The position numbers and the translations under genes were made by a program. From the IMG/VR virus record IMGVR_UViG_3300045988_168437: a DNA stretch of 64,000 nucleotides; one strand, 5' to 3'. The stretch comes from a virus. This document shows, piece after piece, positions 22,590-32,348 of the stretch (position 1 is its first letter; every line of letters starts with the position of its first letter). The notes below the pieces were generated by a model. It ran no database searches. It had not been told where the DNA came from and saw only the letters and a list, made by a program, of their open reading frames with translations.

Positions 22590-23453
22590 ATGGCGAAAGT
22601 AAATATGAAATCAACAAAAGCAGAGATTTTTGAAAAATTACAAGAAGTTGAAAAACAACTTGAAGCAGAAAGAAACTCTAAGAAAACAGCAGTAGATGTA
22701 GCTCAAGAAAAAGTTGCTACAGAAAGAAAAGTAAAGGTAAATAACCTAGTAGGGAAAGAAATTCTTTCACAAGAAATAATAGACGGATATAATGCTTTAA
22801 AAGAAGAAGAAGTGTCTATAAAGAAAAGAATAAAAGATTTATATGACATAGAAGTTAATTTAAATACTTTAGATGCTTTAAAAATAGTACATAAAGAAGA
22901 ACTAGAAAAACATAAAGCAGAATTAGAATCTATTAACGAAGAAATAAAAACTTCAAAACTTGAAACTCAAAGAGAAAGAGAAGAGGAAGAAAAAGAATAT
23001 ATATTCCAAAGAGATAAAAAGAGAAAAGCAGAACAAAGAGAATATGAAACTCAAAAGACAGAAAGAGAAATTGCTATCAGAGAAAAAGAAAGAGCAGTTG
23101 AAGTTAGGGAAAATGACATAGCAAATAAAGAAGAAGAAATTTCTAATTTATATAAAGAAATAACAGAGTTAAAACTTCTTGCAGAAGAAAAATACAAAGA
23201 AGGTTTAGAAAAAGGGAAGAAAGACGAATCTAAATCAAATGTATTTGAAAAGAGAGCTTTAGAAAATAAACATAGTGCTGAAATAGAAAAACTACAAAAT
23301 AAAATAGAAATCTTAGAAGATAGCTTATCAACTGAAAAACAAAGAAATATAGACTTATCTTCTAAATTAGATAAAGCTTATGAAAAAATAAATAATACTG
23401 CTTTAGAAGTTGCTAAAAACTCAGGCACTAAAATCTTGAATGACAATAAATAA
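22590..23453 (+). CDS. hypothetical K/E-rich coiled-coil protein
   Basis: 287 aa, heptad-like charged repeats throughout. Confidence 0.6.
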   Translation: MAKVNMKSTKAEIFEKLQEVEKQLEAERNSKKTAVDVAQEKVATERKVKVNNLVGKEILSQEIIDGYNALKEEEVSIKKRIKDLYDIEVNLNTLDALKIVHKEELEKHKAELESINEEIKTSKLETQREREEEEKEYIFQRDKKRKAEQREYETQKTEREIAIREKERAVEVRENDIANKEEEISNLYKEITELKLLAEEKYKEGLEKGKKDESKSNVFEKRALENKHSAEIEKLQNKIEILEDSLSTEKQRNIDLSSKLDKAYEKINNTALEVAKNSGTKILNDNK

Positions 23454-23476
23454 TATTTAGATGGGGGCTGATATAT

Positions 23477-24424
23477 TTGGCTAAAATAAAATTTAATGAA
23501 GTAGTTATATCTGGGGAAGTTCTTGATTTATTTAATCCAAGAATAACTCCAATTAAATCTAAAGATGCAGATGGAGTTGAATTTGACAATGAAATGTTAT
23601 CATATCAAATTCAAGTAGAAACAGGAAAAGACGAAAGTAAAGTTGTTGATATTAATTCAAGAAAATTTAACTTTGATGGAACACCTTCTCAAGATTATAT
23701 GAGAAAGAAAACTTTAGGGAATGACCTAGAAACTAGAGCAGAAAATGAAGAAGGTGGAGAATTAGTTAGATGTACAGGTTCTTTAATAGGAAATGTTTAC
23801 TACAATAAAGAGGGCGAATTAGTGCAAGGATATAGAATAGACTGCCAATTCTGTAATAGAAAATCAGACAGTAAATTCAATATCTATAAAACTCAAAACT
23901 GGAAAGCATATGCTCTTATAAAAGAAATTGTAGAAATGGAAGATTCTCTAAACGGACAACCTTATTTATTAGTTACTTTAGCTATAAACAAATGGGTTAA
24001 AAAAGACAGAACAAATGCTGCTTGGAGTATAGTTAAAGCTAGAACTTATGACAATATAGAAGTATTCAAAAAAATGTATAAAGTTGGAGATGTAGCTTTC
24101 TTTAAAGGAAAATTTAGTTCTCATATGGTAGAAGAAACAGGTGCATTTGGTGAATGCAATACTAGAAAAACAGAATCCTTTTTAGAAATAAAAGGAGGGA
24201 AACCACCTGTACAAGAAACTCTTGAAAATGGAGAATTTTCTGTATTAGATAAAGAAATATGTTCAGATGAAAAATATCCTTTTACAAAAGAACTTGTTGA
24301 AATACAAGAAAAAGCCTATGAAGAAGAATTAGCTAGAGCCAAAGAGAAATGGGTTAAAAAACAAGAAGAAGAAGTAAACACATCATCACAAATGGAAATA
24401 ACTGACGATGACATACCATTCTAG
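23477..24424 (+). CDS. SSB-like protein with canonical acidic C-terminal tip
   Basis: Ends ...EITDDDIPF*, the bacterial SSB protein-interaction tip; TTG start; sits directly upstream of the ERF annealase. Confidence 0.55.
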   Translation: MAKIKFNEVVISGEVLDLFNPRITPIKSKDADGVEFDNEMLSYQIQVETGKDESKVVDINSRKFNFDGTPSQDYMRKKTLGNDLETRAENEEGGELVRCTGSLIGNVYYNKEGELVQGYRIDCQFCNRKSDSKFNIYKTQNWKAYALIKEIVEMEDSLNGQPYLLVTLAINKWVKKDRTNAAWSIVKARTYDNIEVFKKMYKVGDVAFFKGKFSSHMVEETGAFGECNTRKTESFLEIKGGKPPVQETLENGEFSVLDKEICSDEKYPFTKELVEIQEKAYEEELARAKEKWVKKQEEEVNTSSQMEITDDDIPF

Positions 24425-24437
24425 GAAAGGAGAAAAT

Positions 24438-25055
24438 ATGGAAGAAGTAAAAGAAACACCAGTTGTTAATGAAGAATTAGAAAACCTTAAAAAAGAAAAA
24501 GAAACAGCACTTAAAAAAGTGACTGTTTTATCACAAGAAAATGAAATGTTGAGTTCTATAATAGAAGATTATCAAAAAGAATCGGGAGTTAAATTCAATC
24601 TTAACAAAGGAAAATTACTTCCTGCTTTGGTAGCTACACAAATGGAATTAAAAGAGGTTGAAAAAAGTAGTGAAAACCCTTTCTTTAATTCTAGTTATGC
24701 AGATTTATCTACGATAATAAAAGAGACAAGACCAATCCTAGCAAAACATGGCTTAGTAGTCGTACAAGCTCCGATTAATGGTAAAATGGGATTAGATAAG
24801 AAACCAACACTTACAGTAAAAACAATTCTTTTCCATGAGGATGGAGAATTTATAGAATATGATTCAACTACCTTTGCTCCAAAAAACCCAGCAGATATAC
24901 AGGCTTGGGGTTCTGCTATGACTTATTTAAAACGTTATACTTTGCAATCATTATTATGCATTTCTTTCAAAGTAGAGGACGATGACGGAAATTCAAATAG
25001 TGGAAAATCACCAGTTAAAGCTACTCCAACAAAGACAAAAGGTAATAGACTATAG
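24438..25055 (+). CDS. ERF-family single-strand annealing protein
   Basis: ATG 24438 after SD aaaggaga; NPFFNSSYADLSTIIKETRPILAKHGL...QAWGSAMTYLKRYTLQSLL. Confidence 0.8.
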   Translation: MEEVKETPVVNEELENLKKEKETALKKVTVLSQENEMLSSIIEDYQKESGVKFNLNKGKLLPALVATQMELKEVEKSSENPFFNSSYADLSTIIKETRPILAKHGLVVVQAPINGKMGLDKKPTLTVKTILFHEDGEFIEYDSTTFAPKNPADIQAWGSAMTYLKRYTLQSLLCISFKVEDDDGNSNSGKSPVKATPTKTKGNRL

Positions 25056-25061
25056 AAAAGG

Positions 25062-25093
25062 AATAGGTGAGCTTTCGGGTTCGCCTATTTTTT
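25062..25093 (+). terminator. intrinsic terminator
   Basis: 11-bp stem 25062-25072/25079-25089 (two G-U pairs), then UUUUU. Confidence 0.6.
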
Positions 25094-25630
25094 ATGGCTA
25101 GAACTGTTAAATGTAAATATTGTAATAAAAAAATTTTAAATACAGAGGCTTTTAAGCAAGAAGTTTCTGTAGGGAGTAAAACTCAAAACTGGTATTTTTG
25201 CAATAAAGAAGAGGCAAGACAGTATAGAATAGATTTAGACACATGGAAAACTATCATGTTTGCACTTGATGTCTTAGCAAAAGACAAAATAGCACATAGC
25301 AGTAAAGCAAAGAAAATGAATGATATTTTGAATCAAGGTTACACAAAAACAGATATATATTGTTGTTTAGTTGAAATGGTTAATGATATTTATCTTGAAA
25401 GTAAAATGAAGTATGACATAGAGACCCCTTATCAAAAATTGTGTTATCTTAGTGCAGTAATAGAAAACAACATAGCTAGGATTCACAAAGATAATACTAG
25501 AGCAAATATGGAGCAGCAATATACTCCAACTGTAGAAGTCTTTAAAGAGCAAACAAAGGTAAAAAATAATAGAAGAAAAACATTGAGGGATAAAATAAAT
25601 GAAAAACTTCAAGATAATAACAAAGAATAG
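25094..25630 (+). CDS. hypothetical protein, N-terminal zinc-ribbon-like motif
   Basis: ATG 25094 (MARTVKCKYCNKK...). An alternative GTG at 25067 would lie inside the terminator hairpin. Start uncertain, no clear SD. Confidence 0.5.
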   Translation: MARTVKCKYCNKKILNTEAFKQEVSVGSKTQNWYFCNKEEARQYRIDLDTWKTIMFALDVLAKDKIAHSSKAKKMNDILNQGYTKTDIYCCLVEMVNDIYLESKMKYDIETPYQKLCYLSAVIENNIARIHKDNTRANMEQQYTPTVEVFKEQTKVKNNRRKTLRDKINEKLQDNNKE

Positions 25631-27179
25631 AAAACAAATAGAATCTCTTGTTTTAGGAGGTTTCTTAAGCAACTTAGATTTTTATGGAACTTACAATAAA
25701 ATAAGCGACAAAGATTTTAGAATTGAAGAAATTAAATTCTTTTTTAACATAGCAAAAACTATCAGTAAAAAATATAAAGAATTAGATGAATTTAGCATCA
25801 TGGAATTAATTTCAGGAAACAAAGAATCTAAGATTAAATATGAAAAATATGGTGGTTGGGATGCAATAGAAGAATATATAGATAACTCAAATCCAAACAA
25901 TATAGATGCATATATAGATAATTTAGCAAAAAATAATTATTTATTATATTTAGATGAAAAAGGCATTGATTTAGTTGAAGAAATTGAAATAGAGGGAACT
26001 ATGATTTCTCCTTTAGATTTATTTTCTACATGGACTTGTGCAGAAGTTGGAGCTTTTTACGAAGGAATAGTTGCAAAAGGAGAAGTTCAGTCTATTAATA
26101 AAAAATACAAAAGAGAAAGTCTTCTGTTTAGTGATGAAGAAATAATAAACTTGCAAGATAAAGTCGAAGCAGGAACTCCATACAATGTCATATTTGAATA
26201 TACAGACAAAGAAATCGGGATGGGAGATTCAGAAGAGCCAAGGTATATTTATGGACTTCCTCTTACTTCTAATAAAACATCAGGAATGGGCAAAGGTGGA
26301 GGAGTTTCTTTTATAGCTGGTTATTCAGGTATAGGGAAATCAACTTTAACTTTCATTGATATTATTCTACCGCTTATCTATCAAGGAGAGAAAATAGTTA
26401 TGTTCTCCAATGAACAAGGCTCTTTATATTTTAAGACTATCTTATATTCATTTGTAGCTTATAATGTATTTGGATATAAAAACCTAAGAAGAAGTGACAT
26501 TGTTAATGGGGAATTTGATGCCGAAAGTCTTGAAATTATGAAAAAAGTTAAAAAATTCCTTCAAGATAGAGAATATGACGAATTATTGACTTTTTATGAG
26601 TTAGAAGACTTTGACATTAGTGAAATTCTAAAAGTGGCAACAAGTTTAGTAACTCATGAAGGATATACTGGAATACTGGTAGATACTTTCAAAAGTGAAG
26701 ATATGGCAGATGCACAATATGTTGGAAAAATATTAGAAAATGCGAAACAAATAGATAAATTTGGAAATAAATATAAAATATTAACTTTTTTAACTATGCA
26801 ATTAACTCCCGCTACTACTGATAAAAACGCTTATTTGACCGTAGGAGAGCTTTCTGAATGTAAGGCAATAGTTACTGTGGCAGATTTATTATTCCTCGTT
26901 AGAAGGGTAATAAACGACTTAGAACTAGATGAAAAAAATAAAAAATATTATTTAAATCCATATAGGCTTAAATACAACGAAGTAACAGAAGAATATGAAA
27001 GAGAATATATACAATTTAATGAAGAAGATTTAAAGAAAGACTATAGACTTGTATTTCTTACAAAATCACGAAGAGGGGGAGATGGAATGATTATTTTGTT
27101 AAGATTTAATGGGACAACAGGCTGGTTTAAAGAAATTGGCTATGTCAGTCATGTATATAGAGGGCCACTTAGCTATTGA
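25599..27179 (+). CDS. DnaB-type replicative helicase
   Basis: N-terminal ESLVLGGFL; Walker A IAGYSGIGKSTL; RecA-like C-terminal domain. Confidence 0.8.
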   Translation: MKNFKIITKNRKQIESLVLGGFLSNLDFYGTYNKISDKDFRIEEIKFFFNIAKTISKKYKELDEFSIMELISGNKESKIKYEKYGGWDAIEEYIDNSNPNNIDAYIDNLAKNNYLLYLDEKGIDLVEEIEIEGTMISPLDLFSTWTCAEVGAFYEGIVAKGEVQSINKKYKRESLLFSDEEIINLQDKVEAGTPYNVIFEYTDKEIGMGDSEEPRYIYGLPLTSNKTSGMGKGGGVSFIAGYSGIGKSTLTFIDIILPLIYQGEKIVMFSNEQGSLYFKTILYSFVAYNVFGYKNLRRSDIVNGEFDAESLEIMKKVKKFLQDREYDELLTFYELEDFDISEILKVATSLVTHEGYTGILVDTFKSEDMADAQYVGKILENAKQIDKFGNKYKILTFLTMQLTPATTDKNAYLTVGELSECKAIVTVADLLFLVRRVINDLELDEKNKKYYLNPYRLKYNEVTEEYEREYIQFNEEDLKKDYRLVFLTKSRRGGDGMIILLRFNGTTGWFKEIGYVSHVYRGPLSY

Positions 27180-28252
27180 TTGAACAAATAATAAATTCCT
27201 TCTCAAGTAACGATATCATTAACTTCATGAAAATAGTCTTTGATGCCGACATTTTATTTGAAAATAACGAGAGATTAGTCTTTTCTACAGAAGTTTGTCA
27301 TGGTGGAGATAGCCATAATTTAGTTTATTTTAAAAGTAATCATCTTTTCTTTTGTAGGACTCATTGTAATAATATTGGGTCACTTCTTGATTTAGTTATG
27401 AAAAATAAAAACTGTAATGAATCTGCTGCTACTGATATTATATTAGAATTTGTAAATCTTAGAAGAGAAGGTTATGAGTTTGATTTTGATTCAAGCATAG
27501 AGAATGTTGAAAAACAAACTGTAGATGACATTGAAATAGAATTTTTACCTACAATAGATAAACCATTCCTTCATAGAATATTTAGTAACAGAACTATTAA
27601 GTGTTGGGAATCTGAATTCATTACAAAAGAAACTATGCAAAAATATGAAATAAGATATGACATAGAACGTAATCAAATTATAATTCCACACTTTTGTTGG
27701 AACTCTCGACATAGAGTGGTAGGGATTAGAGTTCGAAATTTAGATTCTAAGGTATCTGAAAAATATGGAAAGTATATTCCTTTGACTTATCATGGAGTAT
27801 CTTATAATCATGCATTATCAAAGAATTTATATGGATTTAATTTTAATAAAAAGTTCATTAAAAAAAAGAAAAAGGTAATTATTTTTGAAGGTGAGAAATC
27901 TGTTTTACAGATGGATTCATTTTATAGAGATAAAAATTTAGCAGTAGCAGTTTGTGGAAGTGCTTTAAATATTTTTCAAAAGAAAATTCTTATAGATAAT
28001 GGAGTTAAAGATATTACAATAGCTTTTGATAAGCAATTTCAAAAAACGGGGGACGAAGAATATTATATTTGGAAAGAAAAAATAAAGAAAATTACAATGG
28101 ACTTAAGAGGGATTGTTGATGTTTATGTTATTTGGGATACCAATAATATCCTCGATTATAAGGATAGTCCATCAGATAAAGGTAAGAAAATATTTGAACA
28201 ATTGTACAAAGAAAGAATCAGATTGGAGGATTTTTATGAGCAAGAGCTTTAA
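27176..28252 (+). CDS. DNA primase (zinc finger plus Toprim)
   Basis: CHGGDSHNLVYFKSNHLFFCRTHC zinc-binding motif; Toprim IIFEGEKSVLQMDS; start codon uncertain (TTG 27176 overlaps the dnaB-like stop). Confidence 0.75.
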   Translation: MIEQIINSFSSNDIINFMKIVFDADILFENNERLVFSTEVCHGGDSHNLVYFKSNHLFFCRTHCNNIGSLLDLVMKNKNCNESAATDIILEFVNLRREGYEFDFDSSIENVEKQTVDDIEIEFLPTIDKPFLHRIFSNRTIKCWESEFITKETMQKYEIRYDIERNQIIIPHFCWNSRHRVVGIRVRNLDSKVSEKYGKYIPLTYHGVSYNHALSKNLYGFNFNKKFIKKKKKVIIFEGEKSVLQMDSFYRDKNLAVAVCGSALNIFQKKILIDNGVKDITIAFDKQFQKTGDEEYYIWKEKIKKITMDLRGIVDVYVIWDTNNILDYKDSPSDKGKKIFEQLYKERIRLEDFYEQEL

Positions 28253-28556
28253 GAAAATACCAATTTGTCTTGATAAAACAGGAAAGAAATATAAAAAATT
28301 AAGTAATAAAATCATTAGACGATATAATAGAGAGCTTGTACAAAATCTCCACTTAAACAACTATGATACAGATGATTATATTGGATTTTATGTAAAGGAA
28401 ATTCCAAACGGGAATACATATAAACATGTGTTTCAAAGTTGGGATATTTGTGATTGGAAGATTGAAATATCTTTTGAGGAATATCTTGATTTTTGGAATA
28501 TAGAATCCAATAAAGAGTCTTATAGAGATTGGTATACGAGATATATCATGAAATAG
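28236..28556 (+). CDS. hypothetical protein
   Basis: ATG 28236 after SD ggagga (MSKSFKKIP...); upstream part of the track ORF overlaps the primase. Confidence 0.55.
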   Translation: MSKSFKKIPICLDKTGKKYKKLSNKIIRRYNRELVQNLHLNNYDTDDYIGFYVKEIPNGNTYKHVFQSWDICDWKIEISFEEYLDFWNIESNKESYRDWYTRYIMK

Positions 28557-28587
28557 TTGACAAACTTAAACGGAAAGGAAATAAAAA

Positions 28588-29247
28588 ATGTATAATTATA
28601 AGTATGCTAGAATTATAGATTCTCTATGTACAAGACCAACATATACTGAATTTATTAGTAAATATTTTAAAGAATGGCTTCCTTCATTCTCTTATGATAA
28701 ATTACCTGAAAACGGAGAAAAAGTTGTTGTCTTAGGGAGTCAAGTAGAGGAAAATACAGAAGAATTGATTTATTTAGTTAGAAGTATTTTTACAGGGAAT
28801 GTTTATATGATAGATGACGAAGGAATTGACTTTACAAATATAAAAGATTTCTTATGTCCAGGAATGAATATACAGTTAAAAAATGGAACTTGGTATTTCG
28901 TTTCGCACAATAAAGAATCTCTTATAAAAGAGAAAAATTATAGAATCCCATTAAAGTCATATGATTCAAATTTAAGCCATATAGAAGGAATGGAACAATG
29001 GGATATATCATCTGTAGTTATTAATTTAAATGGCACTACATGGCGAATATGGGAACGAAAAAAGGTAGATTGGAGTAAAGTTCCAAAAGACACAAGAGTA
29101 TTTGTAAGAGATTCTACAGATAAAGAATGGAAGAAAGCTCATTTTGCTCTTTATGATAAAGGAACTTTTTATGTTTATCAAGAAGGAATGTCTTCTTGGA
29201 CGGCAGAGAAAATTTATCCATACAGATATTGCGAGTTAGCAAAATAA
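28588..29247 (+). CDS. hypothetical protein (C-terminal domain shared with 38714-39064)
   Basis: VDWSKVPKDTRVFVRDSTDKEWKKAHFALYDKGTFYVYQEGMSSWT versus IDWTKVPVDAKILVREFHNDRWLKRRFAKFENGKVYAFQLGMDSWT. Confidence 0.6.
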   Translation: MYNYKYARIIDSLCTRPTYTEFISKYFKEWLPSFSYDKLPENGEKVVVLGSQVEENTEELIYLVRSIFTGNVYMIDDEGIDFTNIKDFLCPGMNIQLKNGTWYFVSHNKESLIKEKNYRIPLKSYDSNLSHIEGMEQWDISSVVINLNGTTWRIWERKKVDWSKVPKDTRVFVRDSTDKEWKKAHFALYDKGTFYVYQEGMSSWTAEKIYPYRYCELAK

Positions 29248-29254
29248 TGCAATC

Positions 29255-29293
29255 AAGACTATTGGATTATTTCTAATAGTCTTATTTTATTTC
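29255..29293 (+). terminator. intrinsic terminator
   Basis: 9-bp stem 29255-29263/29275-29283, then AUUUUAUUU. Confidence 0.65.
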
Positions 29294-29303
29294 CAAAAAT
29301 TAG

Positions 29304-29332
29304 TTGACATACTAATATAAAAAATATATAAT
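29304..29332 (+). promoter_or_regulatory. sigma70-type promoter (probable leaderless transcript)
   Basis: TTGACA 29304-29309, 17 bp, TATAAT 29327-29332; ATG 29339 begins 7 nt after the -10 with no SD. Confidence 0.65.
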
Positions 29333-29338
29333 TAAGAT

Positions 29339-31021
29339 ATGAAGATAAAGTTAAATAAAACAACAGAAGACATTAAAACAAACATGTTGACTAATCGAGG
29401 ATTGACTGTAGAAGAAGTAAATAATCTTTTAAATCCAACTGGAAAAATGGTAGAAAGTATTTCTCATTATAATGTTGAAAAAGGGATTGATATGTATTTA
29501 AATTCAATAAAAAATAATGAATTAATTGCCACTTTAGTAGATGTAGATGCAGATGGTTATTGTTCTTCTTCTATAGTATATCAAGTTACAACAGACGAAT
29601 TTGGATATGAAAATATTGTTTATATACTTCAAGACGGCAAAACTCATGGACTTACAAGAAAGGTTGTAGATAAACTTCTAAATTCAGATGTAAAATTACT
29701 GATAATTCCAGATGCGGGTTCAGATAATATTAAATTATTAAAAGAAATTTCAACACATGGTATTAGTGTACTGATACTGGACCATCATATAATTGAATTG
29801 CCAATGGATGAATTAAATAGTTTACATAATATTGTTCTAGTAAACTGTCAGAATGGAATTGTAGAAAATAAATATCTATCAGGAACTGGAGTCACATATA
29901 AATTTTTTAGTGAAGTGGCTAAAAAACAAGGAATAAAGCTAAGAAGTAAATATTTAGACTTAGTTGCTCTTAGTCTTATTACAGATGTGTGTGATATGAA
30001 ATTTAGTTTTGAAAATAGATATTATCTTTCTCAAGGTTCGAAAATAAGCAAAATAACTAATCCATTAATTGAACTTTTCAAAGAAAAACTTAAAAAGAAA
30101 AGCAAAGATAAGTTTTCTATTACAGAGTTTGGATTTGAAATAGGCCCAAAGATAAATGCAATTATACGATATGGGACATTAGAAGAAAAAGAAATTCTTT
30201 TTAATGCAATGATTGGAGTTGAAGAATTACTACCGAATAAAAAGACATATCAACAAGAAACTTACACTATTGGTAGTAGATATCAAAGAATTCAAAGAGA
30301 ATCCAGTAAAGAAATTATTCCATTACTCAATGACATTGTAGAAGAGACAAAAGCAAATGAGAAACCTGTAATTTTTATAGATGGGACAGACATTGTTCCA
30401 AAGGAAATAAAAGGATTATTATGTAACAAAATGCTTGATATATATAAAAAGCCAATTATGATTTCCACTTTAGATAATGGAATTTATAGTGGTAGTAGCA
30501 GAAGTATAAAAACAGAACAATTATCTGATTTTAAATCTTTTTGTGAAAAAAGTCAATTGTTTGAATGGGTTCGTGGACATAATAATGCACATGGACATAA
30601 GATTAAAAAAGAAAACATACCTAAATTTTTAGAATACTGTGACAATAATTTAGATATGCAAGAGTATCAAGAGGAAGTAGAAAATATTTATGTAAATGAA
30701 ATACCTCTTGAAGATGTAGTAGAAATAGCTAATTATGAAGAATTATGGTGCAATCAAATAGAACCACCAAAATACCTTCTTAAAGGAGTTTGTTTAACTC
30801 CTGAAAGCATAGTTAGAGCAGGAAGTTCAACTTATAACATAATAATAGGAGATGTTAAATTTACTAAAGAATTTGGTTCTTTAGCTTGGTATAATGAAGT
30901 TTTAGATGAAATTTCAAAAACGGGATTATTAAATGTTGAACTTATTGTTGAATTTAGACAACAAAAGAATAAACAACCTTACGCAAAAATTCTTGAATTG
31001 AGGTGGGAACATGAAAGTTAG
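29339..31021 (+). CDS. RecJ-like single-strand DNA exonuclease (DHH/DHHA1)
   Basis: VDVDADGYCSS, LILDHHI and GHNNAHGH motifs; 560 aa. Confidence 0.75.
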   Translation: MKIKLNKTTEDIKTNMLTNRGLTVEEVNNLLNPTGKMVESISHYNVEKGIDMYLNSIKNNELIATLVDVDADGYCSSSIVYQVTTDEFGYENIVYILQDGKTHGLTRKVVDKLLNSDVKLLIIPDAGSDNIKLLKEISTHGISVLILDHHIIELPMDELNSLHNIVLVNCQNGIVENKYLSGTGVTYKFFSEVAKKQGIKLRSKYLDLVALSLITDVCDMKFSFENRYYLSQGSKISKITNPLIELFKEKLKKKSKDKFSITEFGFEIGPKINAIIRYGTLEEKEILFNAMIGVEELLPNKKTYQQETYTIGSRYQRIQRESSKEIIPLLNDIVEETKANEKPVIFIDGTDIVPKEIKGLLCNKMLDIYKKPIMISTLDNGIYSGSSRSIKTEQLSDFKSFCEKSQLFEWVRGHNNAHGHKIKKENIPKFLEYCDNNLDMQEYQEEVENIYVNEIPLEDVVEIANYEELWCNQIEPPKYLLKGVCLTPESIVRAGSSTYNIIIGDVKFTKEFGSLAWYNEVLDEISKTGLLNVELIVEFRQQKNKQPYAKILELRWEHES

Positions 31022-31433
31022 AGCAATACAAAATGTTGCTTTTATCAAAAAAGGTGAAATATACGATGCAACAGTCAATCATTGGGGAAATTATAGTATT
31101 TCTATAGATGGAGTGAGTCGTAGTTTCTCTCCTAAGTGGTTTGAGAAAATAACAAGAAAGGAACAAAAGCAAATGAAAAATAATAACACTATTTATGAAA
31201 TGCCGTCATATGTAACACTTCTTAGTGAAGGAGATGTAACTAAAGTTATATTTAACGAAGAAAAAGGAGTTACAGTTGTAAAACTTAATGATGGAACAAA
31301 AGCAACTGCAAGATGTAGTGAACATGATGTATTTTGTAGAGAAACAGGTTTTAGAGTTGCTTATGCAAAGGCAGAAATAAAACAACTTAAAAAAATGATA
31401 AAAGACAGAGAAGAATTTATAGCAAGAGTTTAA
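31011..31433 (+). CDS. hypothetical protein
   Basis: 140-aa ORF overlapping the upstream stop. Confidence 0.55.
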   Translation: MKVRAIQNVAFIKKGEIYDATVNHWGNYSISIDGVSRSFSPKWFEKITRKEQKQMKNNNTIYEMPSYVTLLSEGDVTKVIFNEEKGVTVVKLNDGTKATARCSEHDVFCRETGFRVAYAKAEIKQLKKMIKDREEFIARV

Positions 31434-31544
31434 AACTCAATAGAAAAATAAAAGTTGCCAACTGTCTATTGAGTTAATATAAAAAAGGTATGTGGATGTT
31501 TTAAATAGCTACATACCTTTAATCGTAAAAGGAGTGGTATTTTA

Positions 31545-32348
31545 GTGACATTAAAAGTATTTGAATCTTTTAGTGGTTATGGTTCACAATCTATTGCTTT
31601 AGAAAATATAGGCATTGATTATGAAGTAGTAGCAACTTCTGAAATTGATAAATATGCTATTATTGCTTATGATGCATTACATAGACATAATATGAATACA
31701 GAAGTAGAACAAAAAACAAAAGAAGAAATGGTAGAGTATTTACAAAATAAAAGAATAGCATGGGATTCAAAGAAAGAAAAATGTATGTTGCCGAAGTCTG
31801 AAAAACAAATAAGGCAGCTATATGAAGCCTGTGTTAGAAGTAAGAATTTGGGAGACATAAGTAACATCAAAGTAGAAGATATTCCAAAACACGATTTATT
31901 TACAGTAAGTTCTCCTTGTACTGATTTTTCAGTAGCAGGGAAAACAAAAGGAGCAATGTGGACTTGTAAAAAATGTGAAACTAAGTTTAATCCTTTTGAA
32001 ACAAATTTCACATCGAAATGTCCTAATTGTGGTTCAGAGGAAATAACAAAAACTGCTAGTTCATTATTAGTTGAATGCAGTAAAATCATTCAATATTGTC
32101 GTCCTAAATTTATATTTATGGAAAATGTAAAAAACCTAGTAGGAAAGAAATTTAAACCATTCTTTGATAAATGGTGTGAATACTTAGAATCTCTTGGATA
32201 TACAAATTATTATTCTGTTCTTAATGGAAAGGATTTTGGAATTCCACAAAACAGAGAAAGAGTTTTTATGATAAGTATACACGGAGAGCATACTCCGTAT
32301 GAATTCCCAAAAGGATTTCCTTTGAAATTAAGACTTAAGATATGTTAG
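31545..32348 (+). CDS. DNA (cytosine-5) methyltransferase, N-terminal part (motifs I-VIII)
   Basis: FESFSGYGSQ (I), SSPCTDFSVAGK (IV), ENVKNLV (VI), QNRERVFMISI (VIII); Cys4 zinc-ribbon insertion CKKCETKF...CPNCGS between motifs IV and VI; GTG start. Confidence 0.85.
   Translation: MTLKVFESFSGYGSQSIALENIGIDYEVVATSEIDKYAIIAYDALHRHNMNTEVEQKTKEEMVEYLQNKRIAWDSKKEKCMLPKSEKQIRQLYEACVRSKNLGDISNIKVEDIPKHDLFTVSSPCTDFSVAGKTKGAMWTCKKCETKFNPFETNFTSKCPNCGSEEITKTASSLLVECSKIIQYCRPKFIFMENVKNLVGKKFKPFFDKWCEYLESLGYTNYYSVLNGKDFGIPQNRERVFMISIHGEHTPYEFPKGFPLKLRLKIC

Noticed and set aside
28113-28235. Long 5' extensions of ORFs given by the track (28113, 35848, 56429, 24408, 2242, 2684, 9627, 14662, 6743, 57427, 53104)
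   Set aside because: In each case an internal ATG preceded by a good SD at proper spacing gives a non-overlapping gene. The extension overlaps the upstream gene, a promoter or a terminator.
28557-28585. TTGACA boxes at 28557, 37022 and 39044 as promoters
   Set aside because: No acceptable -10 hexamer occurs 16-18 bp downstream. The one at 28557 looks like a decayed copy of the 15927 promoter, and the one at 39044 is inside a coding region.
32337-32348. Programmed -1 ribosomal frameshift at the MTase junction
   Set aside because: The overlap region (CUUAAGAUAUG) lacks an X XXY YYZ slippery heptamer and an obvious downstream stimulatory structure. A split two-subunit enzyme or a 1-nt deletion is more parsimonious, although frameshifting is not excluded.
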